Origin: Promethearchaeota archaeon
Lineage (GTDB): Archaea > Asgardarchaeota > Hermodarchaeia > Hermodarchaeales > Hermodarchaeaceae
Reading direction: 5' to 3'
NCBI GenBank assembly: GCA_048939625.1
Contig: JBHLPH010000004.1
Location: forward strand, 57,473 to 121,472
DNA length: 64,000 bases
A program made the translations under genes and the position numbers. The notes under the pieces are model-generated. The model had not been told where the DNA came from, did no database searches, and saw only the letters and a list, made by a program, of their open reading frames with translations. Shown piece by piece: positions 48,518 to 58,744 of this stretch; the first letter of the stretch is position 1, and every line of letters begins with the position of its first letter.

Positions 48518-49393
48518 ATGTCTCCCCCAAAACCGCCTGCAATCCTCTTTGATGCAAGTCATAATGAGGAATTAACGCTTGAGGAACCAGAATTAACAAT
48601 GCTAGCTAAGCTTCTGGACGCGAATGGTTTCGCACCTTCCACAAACATTTCGCCTTTTACAAGCGAAAAGCTGGCCCAATATCAAGTCGTGGTCTTAGGC
48701 AACCCCTATGAATCTAAACTGACTTCTGACGAAATCTCAACCTTAGTTTCCTTTGTTAAATCAGGCAAGGGTTTGCTCTTGATAAGTGGAGCAACAATTT
48801 TTGGTAAAGGAGGTGACAATGCACGGAATACAAATCTCAACGAGCTAGCAAAGCAGTTTGGATTTGAGTTTTCAAAGAAAGCTCTAGAGAAGCCACCAGA
48901 TGTAGAAGAAGATATTTTTAGTGCAATCCCAGCAGGAACCCATCATATCCTTACAGGCATTGGTTCTTTGACAGTCTCTTCAGGGACAAAACTTGTAGCG
49001 GAGAATACAGAAACTCATCTCTTCCGAGTTCCAGCTAGCCCAGGAACCCCCACAATCGCCATCGCAATGGAATTCAAGAAAGGACGAATTGCAGCCTTCG
49101 GTGGAGGGACTTTCTTTTTCAACGACTATATTACAGCAGGAGACCACGAAAAATTCATTGTGCAACTCTTTCGGTGGTTGGCTGGTGAACCGACGGATTT
49201 ACCGATCCAGAAGGTTACCAGAGCATCAGCTACAATGAATCAGCTGACGGCAACTGAAGCAATCGCGGACCTTCAACAACAACTTGATACAATCGAAGAA
49301 GAATTGGCTAACCTGAAAGACGTCATAAATTCGAGCCTTAGAGAAATGGAAAAAATGATCCGAGAACTTCAGAAACAAGATAAAGGCAATTAA
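48518..49393 (+). CDS. GIFT (GldG/IFT52)/DUF4350-like domain protein with C-terminal coiled coil
   Basis: ILFDASHNE, TSEKL..Y.VVVLGNP, DEI..L..FV..G.GLL, TNLNEL, KGRI, LFRWL; heptad-like tail. Confidence 0.75.
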   Translation: MSPPKPPAILFDASHNEELTLEEPELTMLAKLLDANGFAPSTNISPFTSEKLAQYQVVVLGNPYESKLTSDEISTLVSFVKSGKGLLLISGATIFGKGGDNARNTNLNELAKQFGFEFSKKALEKPPDVEEDIFSAIPAGTHHILTGIGSLTVSSGTKLVAENTETHLFRVPASPGTPTIAIAMEFKKGRIAAFGGGTFFFNDYITAGDHEKFIVQLFRWLAGEPTDLPIQKVTRASATMNQLTATEAIADLQQQLDTIEEELANLKDVINSSLREMEKMIRELQKQDKGN

Positions 49394-50049
49394 GTTGGCA
49401 AAACGAGCTGTTCAATTTTTAAGTGACGTTCAAGTTCCACAGCACCATGATTTTGAAGTGTAAAGTAGTCAAGCATGACTTGGAACACCGGTTGATGTAA
49501 CTGCAGTGCAAGGTCTCGAATGGATTTTGTACCATCAATCGCATCTAAAAGCGGATGATACTTCTCAGGCACCTGAGATTTGGGAACGGTATGTACACGA
49601 ACAGGAACGTAGCGCTCCGTGACTGCAAATGGACGAAAGAGTAAATCTATCTGTGGTAAGATGTTCCGAAAATGGCTTAGATCACCCAGCCAATTTTCTA
49701 ATAATTCACCGTGCTCTCGCTCCATAATCGTAATGAGAGTACGCATGCGTTCACGAATAGCAGCTAGATCATGGGTGGAGAAAACCGCGACGTAGATGTT
49801 TTTTCCGTATTCTAAGAGGATTTTTACATCTTCTCGGTCGATAATGCGGAGTCGTCCATCCTCGCGTTCTAGGGTCCGTAGCTGTTGTCCACCCACTGAA
49901 ATGCGACCAACCAAATCTGAGAGAAACATACTCACGGCTGAAAGGAATCCAGTGACAAGGTCAGGTTCCATATTTTCGATTTGAAAGTCCTTTTGGAGAA
50001 GAGTTCGACCATCGCGATACACGACATAGAGACTATAAAGTTGGGCCAT
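49390..50049 (-). CDS. Longin-domain + winged-helix protein
   Basis: LYVV.RDGR.L...DLVTGFLSAV..F...LLENW.GD..F, then VPV...LL..IDG.KSI.DLA....L...G.V. Confidence 0.75.
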   Translation of the reverse strand: MAQLYSLYVVYRDGRTLLQKDFQIENMEPDLVTGFLSAVSMFLSDLVGRISVGGQQLRTLEREDGRLRIIDREDVKILLEYGKNIYVAVFSTHDLAAIRERMRTLITIMEREHGELLENWLGDLSHFRNILPQIDLLFRPFAVTERYVPVRVHTVPKSQVPEKYHPLLDAIDGTKSIRDLALQLHQPVFQVMLDYFTLQNHGAVELERHLKIEQLVLPT

Positions 50050-50111
50050 TCAAACTCGACCTTTCGTAATACTTTCTTGATGGTTTAAAGAGAGAAAAGC
50101 TTTCCGAGACC

Positions 50112-52754
50112 TTACCCAACTCGTTGAGCAATTCTATGGATTTCACTAATGATTTCAGTTGGAGAAGCTAATTCAGTCCCAAGATAAGTTCGACCACCTG
50201 TAATGTAAGCCATATAGAAGGCTAAAAAGGGAATGAGTTTGTCATCCCGAATTCCGATCTCAATGTAATTCGGAATCTCGAGTTCTTTTGCTCGTTTTCG
50301 GGCCCAATCTATGAAGACATCATGGTGCCTTTTCTGTTTCACTGGAAAAAATTCGTGGTGCAAGTTAATCGTAACTAAAGGAATTCGATCATTGCGCATA
50401 AGATGGCACTGGTGAAGAACATCTGCAATAGCTTCAGGTAACCCGATATCGGGAGTATCAGAATTTCTCAGTTGAATGTTAGGTAAAAAATCACTGAATA
50501 CAACGACAATTGGGAGTGCCCCAGAGTTTCGGCGGCGTTCTCGTTTGATCGTTTCATGCGCACGTTTTAATCCTGCGGCTAATGGCGTATATCCAGATAA
50601 ACGAAGGGTCATAAATTTAGCTACAAGGCGTGTCCAATTGGTTGTGGGAGCTTGAACTTCCACCGCCCCCCAGTCCTTTAACGCAATGAGACCCACTCGG
50701 TCGCGCGTGCCCTCCAAACATGTCTTGAATGCAATCAAAGAGAGTTGAAGTTTATCGATGTTTTTGAGCATTGAGACACTCAGATCAACGACAAAGATGA
50801 TGGTCAGAGGTGTCCAACTTTGAAATCGTTTTTCTCGGACATCAGGCGAATGAATACGAACACGAGGAATACGCTGGATTGTTGGATCTGTATGGAGTGC
50901 TGCCGCCTTGATTGTGGCAGGTAAGTGAATATTGCGAGGAGATCCTTGAGGAATTGCAGATCCCAATAAGACACCCCCTTCGGATTGGCGAGAAAACAGT
51001 GAACCTGCGCGACGACCAACTTGCCGTATTGACCATTTAGGAGCTCGCTGGCGTCCGAAATATCGAGGTTCAAGAAAATCTTTGAAATCAAAGAGTGGCT
51101 TCCCTTCTTCCATTCGAATGAGAGAGGATCCTGACACCGGTTTTCCAGAGACAGACGGTTGAGAAGAACTTCGAACGGCTTTGGGCGGAGTAGTACTTGT
51201 GGTTGGAGGAGCTGTGGAATCTCCCCGGTGTTTTGCTCGTTTATACTGACCCTTAGTGTCTGGGGGTCGTTCTCCCTGCGAGAGGGCTGGCATTACAGAG
51301 CCTGGTCGTCGTTGATATCGGTAGACCCTTTCGAGCAGAATTACCAAGCCTGCTGCAATCAACCCACCTACAACAAAGTTGAAGGGTGGGAGAATTGGAA
51401 TGATAAGTCCTAGAGCAGCTGCAATGACCATGAAGAAACATACAAATCCGGTGTACGAACAGCGTCCGGCAGCGCCTTTTCTAGGAGGGGTTCCGAAAAA
51501 ACGTTCGCCATCCTGACTACTGTCCAAGGGATGATATTGTTTGAATTTTCGGGTAAGTTTTTGGTGCTCATCCTTTGTAAAAGGGTCTTTATCCTTGGAA
51601 CGGGGATTCTGAGTCTTGACTTTCTTCTTGGCTTCCTTCATGATATCTTGAATCTCATCATCTGATGGCGGTTCGAGTATACCACGTTGGCGCGTTCGAT
51701 GGCTGAGAGCAAGAGGAGCAACCATTTCCACATCTTCAGGGGCTACGCTGTTACGACCATCAAAAGCAGCAAAAGCCATAGCCGTTTTTGCAATTACAAT
51801 ATCAGGACGCGCGCCATCAACTTGGAGTTGTGTGGTTAACTGCGCAATAAGCTCCATTATCCCCTCAGAAATCTCTACAGTCTTCATTCGTTCTCGTGCA
51901 GCAGCAATTTCGTTCCGGAGTTTCTCCTCTTGCGACGCCCACTTCTTTAGGAGGCTTTCGGGATCCCGTTCAAAATCAATGTTTAGTTGAATAATTTCGA
52001 CTCGTTCAGCTGTGGAGAATGGTCGTTGGATTGCCACATGAAGAGGAAATCTATCCAAGAGTTGGGGACGGAGTTCTCCTTCTTCCGGGTTCATGGAACC
52101 AATGAAAATGAATCGCGAAGGATGGCTAACAGAGATTCCTTCCCTTTCGACAACATTAATCCCCGTTGCTGCAGCGTCGAGGAGTGAATCAACAATATGA
52201 TCAGGAAGCAAATTCACTTCATCGACATAAAGGATATTCTGATTCGCATCTGCAAGAATACCCGGTTTCAGAGCCGCTTCACCCTCCCGGATAGCACGCT
52301 CAACATCTAAACTACCGACAACACGGTCTTCGGTGGCACTTAATGGGAGATTGACCACTCGCATTTTTTGTTTGACAGTTGTCAGTCTCTTATTCTTCTC
52401 AAGTTTTTCCTTGCAAGACGAACAGAGCCCCATGGCATCATCGGGAGCACACCGAAATTGGCACCCTTTGACAATCGGAATTTCGGGAAGAAGGGCTGCA
52501 AGGGATCGAACAACAGTGGTTTTTCCTGTCCCTTTGGGACCCGTTATCAGAAGTCCACCAATACCAGGATTGATCGCGTTAAGTAGTAGCGCTAGCTTCA
52601 ATTCATCATGATTGACGAAAGCCGTGAATGGGAGAACGCTGCGTAGAGCAGTATTTACTTCTGGTACCAAACGGGGAACCTCAACCACTCCTGCCCGCCT
52701 TTCGCTTATAGAATTTTGGGAAGATGCACCAAGAACATGAAAATCAAAATCCAC
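50112..52754 (-). CDS. ChlI/ChlD-like AAA+ ATPase fused to vWA, with internal TM hairpin (true start probably near 52688)
   Basis: [44 protein letters not shown]; MIDAS DLSVS, TPLAAG, FSD. Confidence 0.88.
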   Translation of the reverse strand: MDFDFHVLGASSQNSISERRAGVVEVPRLVPEVNTALRSVLPFTAFVNHDELKLALLLNAINPGIGGLLITGPKGTGKTTVVRSLAALLPEIPIVKGCQFRCAPDDAMGLCSSCKEKLEKNKRLTTVKQKMRVVNLPLSATEDRVVGSLDVERAIREGEAALKPGILADANQNILYVDEVNLLPDHIVDSLLDAAATGINVVEREGISVSHPSRFIFIGSMNPEEGELRPQLLDRFPLHVAIQRPFSTAERVEIIQLNIDFERDPESLLKKWASQEEKLRNEIAAARERMKTVEISEGIMELIAQLTTQLQVDGARPDIVIAKTAMAFAAFDGRNSVAPEDVEMVAPLALSHRTRQRGILEPPSDDEIQDIMKEAKKKVKTQNPRSKDKDPFTKDEHQKLTRKFKQYHPLDSSQDGERFFGTPPRKGAAGRCSYTGFVCFFMVIAAALGLIIPILPPFNFVVGGLIAAGLVILLERVYRYQRRPGSVMPALSQGERPPDTKGQYKRAKHRGDSTAPPTTSTTPPKAVRSSSQPSVSGKPVSGSSLIRMEEGKPLFDFKDFLEPRYFGRQRAPKWSIRQVGRRAGSLFSRQSEGGVLLGSAIPQGSPRNIHLPATIKAAALHTDPTIQRIPRVRIHSPDVREKRFQSWTPLTIIFVVDLSVSMLKNIDKLQLSLIAFKTCLEGTRDRVGLIALKDWGAVEVQAPTTNWTRLVAKFMTLRLSGYTPLAAGLKRAHETIKRERRRNSGALPIVVVFSDFLPNIQLRNSDTPDIGLPEAIADVLHQCHLMRNDRIPLVTINLHHEFFPVKQKRHHDVFIDWARKRAKELEIPNYIEIGIRDDKLIPFLAFYMAYITGGRTYLGTELASPTEIISEIHRIAQRVG

Positions 52755-52807
52755 CGATTTTCCAAGTTAGGCAAAAGCTTTAGTTACTGGGATTCCTCTT
52801 TGTAGCC

Positions 52808-53326
52808 ATGACCACCAAAACCCCGAAGGACTTACGAACCGGTCTGGCTGCAGCCTACGAAGCAGCTCGTGACCATCTTCGATATATCGTGTCTGATCTA
52901 ACACCGGAACAAGCAGGAAAGGAACCAGCACCCGAATCACGGACGATTCTCTATTATCTGACTCACATAGCGAATTCGGAATTGTACTGGTTATCCGCTT
53001 CAGGACGTAAGGTGGTCGTATATGCAAAAACTGTTCCACTCAATATTGCTCTCGATTTATTAGAGGATGTCCGTAAACGCATCATAAGGGAACTCAAGGA
53101 TTGCCCTGAAGAAGAATTGGTGTTTCAGCCTCCCACCGAGAAAAAGAAACCAAGTTTGGGTTGGGTCATATCACATATTACACTTCACACGCTGTATCAC
53201 AGCGGAGAAATCATCTACGCACGCTATGCAGTTGGAGGATCCGATCTACCAAACGATGAACTCGAGGAATATTGGAGCCAGATGATGGAGGCAGTTGCAC
53301 AACTCATCTTTTTTGTCAAACAGTAA
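52808..53326 (+). CDS. DinB/DUF664 family protein
   Basis: LTHIANSE..W, HITLHTLYHSGEI. Confidence 0.8.
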   Translation: MTTKTPKDLRTGLAAAYEAARDHLRYIVSDLTPEQAGKEPAPESRTILYYLTHIANSELYWLSASGRKVVVYAKTVPLNIALDLLEDVRKRIIRELKDCPEEELVFQPPTEKKKPSLGWVISHITLHTLYHSGEIIYARYAVGGSDLPNDELEEYWSQMMEAVAQLIFFVKQ

Positions 53327-53363
53327 CAATTCCCACTCTTTGACCTACCTTCAAATTAACTTC

Positions 53364-53897
53364 TTATGTTGCAGATAGTGCCGCAAAGGTTTCTTCAAAA
53401 ATCGCATACGAAGTAGGATCAAACAAGCTGAATACAATGCGACGAAGAGTGGAATCGACTTCTCGCACAAAAGCGAGGATAGTAGTGAGAATGATTTGAG
53501 CAGCTTGTTTTTTAGGGAATCCGAAAATTCCAGTGCTGATAGCAGGGAAGGCTATACTGCGTAAACGCTTTCCAACAGCAATTTTGAGCGCACTTCTCAC
53601 AGCACTTGCAAGTTTCTGAGCTTCATTCCCTTCCCCCCAACGAGGTCCGACTGCATGAATAACATACCGAGCTTTTAGGTTCCCTCCATTTGTAAGAACC
53701 GCAGTTCCAACGGGTGTCCCTCCAATTTCATCACACTCGCGTTGTATTGCTGGTCCTCCGCGTCGGCGAATTGCACCTGCAACCCCGCCTCCCATTTGGA
53801 GTGATTCATTTGCTGCATTTACAATTGCGTCGGTTGCTAAGTCAGTAATATCGCCCTGTACAAGTTCGATTGTGACTTTGTTGACGACACGACGCAT
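53364..53897 (-). CDS. Macrodomain ADP-ribose hydrolase (YmdB/MacroD type)
   Basis: GDIT, DAIVNAAN, GGGVAGAI, IHAVGP, ISTGIFGFP. Confidence 0.95.
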   Translation of the reverse strand: MRRVVNKVTIELVQGDITDLATDAIVNAANESLQMGGGVAGAIRRRGGPAIQRECDEIGGTPVGTAVLTNGGNLKARYVIHAVGPRWGEGNEAQKLASAVRSALKIAVGKRLRSIAFPAISTGIFGFPKKQAAQIILTTILAFVREVDSTLRRIVFSLFDPTSYAIFEETFAALSAT

Positions 53898-53998
53898 ACT
53901 CCAACACCATTCGACCAACCACTACCAGCAAAAAGCCCTATATCTAGGCTTAAAGGTTTCCCCTAACACGGACTTGCGTGGCGACACGATTGTGTGGA

Positions 53999-54670
53999 CT
54001 ATAAACTAGGAAATACAGGAAGTAAGCCCCAACCTGTTATTCCAGAAATGAGAATAAATATCCAGCAAAGAAGAATGAATAGAGAACCAGTAATCATGAA
54101 ACCGCGTTTTGCTCGAGGATCAACTAAACCTAGATGCTTGTCGAGGTATTCGGTTTTGAAAGTCAATCGAACATAGTAGAGTGCCGCAATTCCTACTGGT
54201 ACCCAAATAACATCGATAAAAGTGAAAATTACCCCAATAGCACCTGCAATCCCAAAGAGCCAGAAATCCGCAATAACAAATGCCACTGTTTCCCAAACTA
54301 CTCCTATCCCCATCGCAAGGGGCTCACGAAATCGTCCAAAAGATTTAGAGCGACCGATATATCCGACGATGAAGGCTTCAGGACCACGAACCGCTACAAT
54401 TCCGGGAATGAAAATTGCCGGCCAACCCACAGAAGAGATAAGCACACCTTTTCCGATAAGTTGCCCAATGATTGTAATAATGAGCCCGAATGAGGGACCA
54501 TAAAGAATGGCAGTTGCGAAAATGAGAATTGACGAGGTGTCAATTGAACCAAGTGGAGGAGGGAGAACAACAGCAAACATTGCCATAAACGCCATTAAAG
54601 CACTTAGAACCCCAATCGTGGCAACGTATAAGGACCGCGGAGCAGATTTTTCTTTTAGAAACTCATTCAC
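53999..54670 (-). CDS. ECF transporter S-component
   Basis: VA.IGVLSAL...PPP.G.I......AILYGP..G pattern, 6-7 TM. Confidence 0.75.
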   Translation of the reverse strand: MNEFLKEKSAPRSLYVATIGVLSALMAFMAMFAVVLPPPLGSIDTSSILIFATAILYGPSFGLIITIIGQLIGKGVLISSVGWPAIFIPGIVAVRGPEAFIVGYIGRSKSFGRFREPLAMGIGVVWETVAFVIADFWLFGIAGAIGVIFTFIDVIWVPVGIAALYYVRLTFKTEYLDKHLGLVDPRAKRGFMITGSLFILLCWIFILISGITGWGLLPVFPSL

Positions 54671-54792
54671 CTTGATCGACTCCCGAACGAATACGGGTTT
54701 TCATACGGGATGTATAAAAGGGTTGCGTAAAATCCCTAGACTCAAAAGGAAGAATTATCAAGAACATTAAAGGTTCAACTCAGTGAGGGTAT

Positions 54793-55341
54793 GTGATGGT
54801 CGACGATTCTACTAAGTTGATTCGACAGCTTAAAACCAACATAAGGACGCTCACTCGCACTCCCCATTTTGCCCAGCTTGTTCCAGAAGTTGGAGGGAAT
54901 TTTGTAGCCTGTGTTTCAGGAGCCACAGAACTTTCACAGGTAGCAGGATTGACGGGTCGAATTATCTTAGTTAGAGGGAAACCCGAAGCTATAGGAGAGG
55001 TCGAGTTTGGTTGGGCACCGTATATGGGACGCGTAATCCTCAAAGCCCACACCTTGAACGAGTCGATTCACGCGGCAATCTCACTACGCCATTCGAATGA
55101 AATCACCGAGGCTGCAAGACGAGCTGGCTTACAAGTTATAGGATTTCGGCTTGGAGAACGCACCCAGATTCCAGATTGTATGACACTAGCAGGATTAACG
55201 AAATTTGGTTTCGTTCCTGAAGTGCTGTTTGATTGGGGAGCTCACGGCGTTGAACCACTTGTGGTCATATTTGGACCTTCTCCGAGCATAGTTACCGAAA
55301 GAGTGCGATCGGTTTTGGACCAATTGCTAGTTGATGAGTGA
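54793..55341 (+). CDS. ThiN-family (thiamine-phosphate synthase) domain protein
   Basis: LVPEVG.N, VAGLTGRI, EFG...MGR.IL, D.G.HG.EP...FG. Confidence 0.8.
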   Translation: MMVDDSTKLIRQLKTNIRTLTRTPHFAQLVPEVGGNFVACVSGATELSQVAGLTGRIILVRGKPEAIGEVEFGWAPYMGRVILKAHTLNESIHAAISLRHSNEITEAARRAGLQVIGFRLGERTQIPDCMTLAGLTKFGFVPEVLFDWGAHGVEPLVVIFGPSPSIVTERVRSVLDQLLVDE

Positions 55342-56113
55342 AAAAAGCTTGACAAATACGAAAACAAAGAACATCCAACACAAACGAGCAGTAAGTCAAG
55401 CGTTTGGATCAATGGCAAAAGGATATGATTTCTGGTACCAATCAGCAATGGGGAACTATGTCTGGTTAGTAGAAACACAAGCAATTCAAAATCTATTCCC
55501 CGCCACTGTTCCCAAAGTTGCGCTTGAGATAGGTGTTGGTACGGGCAAAGCCATCTCCTTGTTAGGTAATGACCATACTCAACTCATTGGAATTGACTTT
55601 GCTTGGCAAATGCTTGCCGTCGCTCGTCAGAAATTTACGAAATCGGACAATGTGCATCTCGTGCTCTCGGATGGAACAAGCCTACCGTTTCGTACCGAAT
55701 GCAGTGACCTCACTTTCAGTATGACCGTATTGGAATTTGTACCTGATCGCGATGAGCTCTTCAAAGAAATCTATCGATGCCTCCATGCTTCAGGAAATTT
55801 CTTGTTGGGCGTGCTCACATCAGTCAATTTATGGGCATTAGAACGAAGAATTCGAAATTTAGCTCAATGCGATGTGTTTGGACTTGCTAGCTTTCCAAGT
55901 CCTTGGCAGGTTATTCGAAGATTGTATCGGAATGGTTTTACTCAGATTCAGTACCGTGGATCAGTCTATGCTCCTCCCTTTGCTCCAGAAAAATGCTTGC
56001 CCGTCGTTTCCATGCTTGAAGTAACACTAAGTAACCGGTGGCTAAGCCGTGCACTTGGCGCATTTACGGTTTTCAGTGCAAAACGGTGTGGGGCTAAAGA
56101 AGGCGGGTTGTGA
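55331..56113 (+). CDS. Class I SAM-dependent methyltransferase
   Basis: YDFWY, LEIGVGTG, GIDFAWQML, LPF...D, VLEFV. Confidence 0.88.
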   Translation: MMSEKSLTNTKTKNIQHKRAVSQAFGSMAKGYDFWYQSAMGNYVWLVETQAIQNLFPATVPKVALEIGVGTGKAISLLGNDHTQLIGIDFAWQMLAVARQKFTKSDNVHLVLSDGTSLPFRTECSDLTFSMTVLEFVPDRDELFKEIYRCLHASGNFLLGVLTSVNLWALERRIRNLAQCDVFGLASFPSPWQVIRRLYRNGFTQIQYRGSVYAPPFAPEKCLPVVSMLEVTLSNRWLSRALGAFTVFSAKRCGAKEGGL

Positions 56114-57080
56114 AGCGCTTATATGGATCTTCACCAGGTTCAAGGCGACTGGTTTTCCCGTCTGCTTCGATTCGAATTTGCTTCTTCTTCATGAATGTTC
56201 CAATGATTGCTGCTTGACGCCCATGTTCTTGAATAGATTTGATTATCACAGGCGATTCCTCATTTTTAGTGACAATGAGGAAGCTCCCAAAGGACGAGCA
56301 ATAAAAGGGATTCCAATTCAGGTAATTGAAGAGTTGGATTGCGGGCTCATCCCAGGGAATTGCACTACTTTGGACGGTGATTCCCAACCGCGTGGCTTGC
56401 TGGAGTTCCAATAACGCGGTTGCCAATCCTCCTTCAGCTAAATCATGGAGTAAGGTGATTTGTTCTCGGGGAAGAGTTTGAACTAGGGGAACTACCCTGA
56501 AAGGGCTTAAGTCATTGGCCAACGCTTGACGCAGTGATCGGGAGAGAATGGTATCGACTGTTGATTCTTCGACGTTGGCAAGAAACCACAGGGTTTCTCG
56601 AGCAATCGGACCAACTGCAATGATGACGTCTCCAGGTTTCACTTGAGATTCACGTTGAGATGACTCAGGGATTATTCCAAAACACGTTGTGGCGATAAGA
56701 GGAGTGTGGAGCCCATCATAACCCCCCGTATGTCCACCAATGACTTTGAGGTTTAGTTGTTGAGCTTCCTGTCCAAGCTGTTTCATGGTTGAAATGAGCC
56801 ATTTCTCCTCAGTATTAGGTGGATAATAGATACCTAAGGAAAGGTATTGGGGAATAGCCCAGGCCATTGCGACATCGGTTGTTGAATAATGAACCGCAAA
56901 GAATCCATAGAAATGAAGTGGTATCCCCACCACAGGATCGGAGGCAACAACCACATTTCCAGCAATGGGAGTTGAACCGTAATCAAGAAGGACAGAACGC
57001 GCATCCTCTACTCGAGGAAGGTGAGGGAACACGAGACGTTCCAATTCAGCTAGTGTGAGTTTGCCCATGGGAAGAGACAT
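56094..57080 (-). CDS. AIR synthase (PurM/HypE/ThiL) family protein
   Basis: MGKL, SDP, D.AM, IGGHT, KPGD.II, HDLAEGGL. Confidence 0.85.
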   Translation of the reverse strand: MSLPMGKLTLAELERLVFPHLPRVEDARSVLLDYGSTPIAGNVVVASDPVVGIPLHFYGFFAVHYSTTDVAMAWAIPQYLSLGIYYPPNTEEKWLISTMKQLGQEAQQLNLKVIGGHTGGYDGLHTPLIATTCFGIIPESSQRESQVKPGDVIIAVGPIARETLWFLANVEESTVDTILSRSLRQALANDLSPFRVVPLVQTLPREQITLLHDLAEGGLATALLELQQATRLGITVQSSAIPWDEPAIQLFNYLNWNPFYCSSFGSFLIVTKNEESPVIIKSIQEHGRQAAIIGTFMKKKQIRIEADGKTSRLEPGEDPYKRFTTRLL

Positions 57081-57148
57081 TGTGGTTACCTTAGATGAAA
57101 GAGCAACGTTGCAGGTTATAATGGATACGGTTCACAATGCCAAATTCT

Positions 57149-58117
57149 TTATTCCTTTTTTTCTGATTCTTTCTTGCGGAATCGTGGTTCTAGGGCAATA
57201 AGAATGGTCGCGAGAAAGATTAAAGCAGCTCCGACCGCTTGCCAAAGAGCGACCGGTTGTCCAAGGAACATGAAACCAAAAATCACGGCACTAATAGGAT
57301 CCAAGAGAAGAATAATGGAAGCAGCTGAAGCGTCCACCTTTTTCACTCCAATATTAGTTAATAGGTAGGGGATGGTTGTAGCGATTAATGCAAACCCTAT
57401 AAGGAGTAACCAAGCGGGAACTGGAAGAATCAATTGGATTCCAACGATTCGTGGATCACTAATGAAGAGACTGATTATGAGAATAATCGGGATCATCCAT
57501 AGCAAGGCAAAGAAATAGCCCCAAAAGGTTGCCACTGAAGGGCGGTATCCCTCATGTCCGCTCCATTTTCTTCCTAGAACCATATAGATTGCTGCGAAGA
57601 CTGCATTTGACAAGGCTAGAATTATTCCAGCTAAGGGAGCTACAACAACCAAGGGGAAGATTGGAAGCGAAACTACTATTGCCCCTGCAATTGACAGAGG
57701 CACAGCGATGAGGCGAATGGGTGTTATCAGTTCTTGAAGCATAATTCGTCCAAGGATTAGCGTGATGGCGGGGTAAAGGTAGGTTAAAGAAACAGCGACG
57801 ACCACGGGCGTCCCAATCGCGATTGCAGTGATGTATACGATGAGGCCAAGGGCGACTCCAATTAGTCCATAGATGATAAAATGCATGAGATGTTTGCGTT
57901 TAATTGTAATATTATGGAATGAATAAGCAATTCCAAGACCGATGAAGATATACAGAACTGTAAATGCTGTGCGAAAGAGGGCTTGCTGGAGAGATGAAAC
58001 GCCAAAGAAGGTCAGATAGGATGAGAAGACAGGGATCGTGCCAAAACAGATAGCGGCGATAATTAAGCTGAGATAGCTGCTTTTTTGTGAATTCATCTTA
58101 TGATTCCGCTCAACCAT
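57149..58117 (-). CDS. DMT/EamA family transporter
   Basis: Two EamA repeats, ~10 TM (YLYP...E; AS..ILLLDP). Confidence 0.9.
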   Translation of the reverse strand: MVERNHKMNSQKSSYLSLIIAAICFGTIPVFSSYLTFFGVSSLQQALFRTAFTVLYIFIGLGIAYSFHNITIKRKHLMHFIIYGLIGVALGLIVYITAIAIGTPVVVAVSLTYLYPAITLILGRIMLQELITPIRLIAVPLSIAGAIVVSLPIFPLVVVAPLAGIILALSNAVFAAIYMVLGRKWSGHEGYRPSVATFWGYFFALLWMIPIILIISLFISDPRIVGIQLILPVPAWLLLIGFALIATTIPYLLTNIGVKKVDASAASIILLLDPISAVIFGFMFLGQPVALWQAVGAALIFLATILIALEPRFRKKESEKKE

Positions 58118-58149
58118 CTGCGTCGTCTTTAATATTAGACACTTTCTGT

Positions 58150-58725
58150 TTATGCCTTGTGTACTGCAATAGCTTTAGCTCCTTCATGAAGAGCTTGGAG
58201 GTTTTGTGTTTCAAAACGTCTGAGTTTATTATCAAGTGCTATTGTCTTTTCAATTAGTTTCATGTCAATACGGTCATCGATGGCGGCAAGGGCACCCAGC
58301 GAAGCGATGCCCATATATCTGACGTGTCCAAGGGTATCTGCGAGATTTCGTATTCTCGCATGATAGATTCTAGTTCCATTCTCTTGGGGAAGTTCAGCTA
58401 TTCCCATTTGCACAATTGGATCATTCAGAATCTCGGTTTCAATTATTAAAAGTTCACTACTCAAATCTGGTGTGATTGAACAGCATTTCCGAAATGCGGG
58501 TGTTGAGAGAACAATAAGGACATTTGGTTTTTCAAACCGTAGTTCATTAATTGGGCTAGACGAAATCGTCAAGTCTGCAGTACAGGCACCACCACGTGCA
58601 GCTGCACCATGGGATTCCGTTTGTAGAACATGAAAGCCTTTTTGAGTGAATGCAAGACCCAAAATTCGACTGGCTGTGACAACGCCATAACCGCCATACC
58701 CAGCGAAGCGAATAGTTAGATGCAT
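58150..58725 (-). CDS. korC: 2-oxoacid:ferredoxin oxidoreductase gamma subunit
   Basis: IRFAGYGGYGV, SHGAAARGG. Confidence 0.85.
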   Translation of the reverse strand: MHLTIRFAGYGGYGVVTASRILGLAFTQKGFHVLQTESHGAAARGGACTADLTISSSPINELRFEKPNVLIVLSTPAFRKCCSITPDLSSELLIIETEILNDPIVQMGIAELPQENGTRIYHARIRNLADTLGHVRYMGIASLGALAAIDDRIDMKLIEKTIALDNKLRRFETQNLQALHEGAKAIAVHKA

Positions 58726-58744
58726 TGCATTTATTCCTCCACGA

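Noticed and set aside
34952-53897. Sir2 + HIT + macrodomain as an ADP-ribosylation or defence system
   Set aside because: The genes are separated by kilobases of unrelated genes and look like ordinary CobB, Hint and YmdB types
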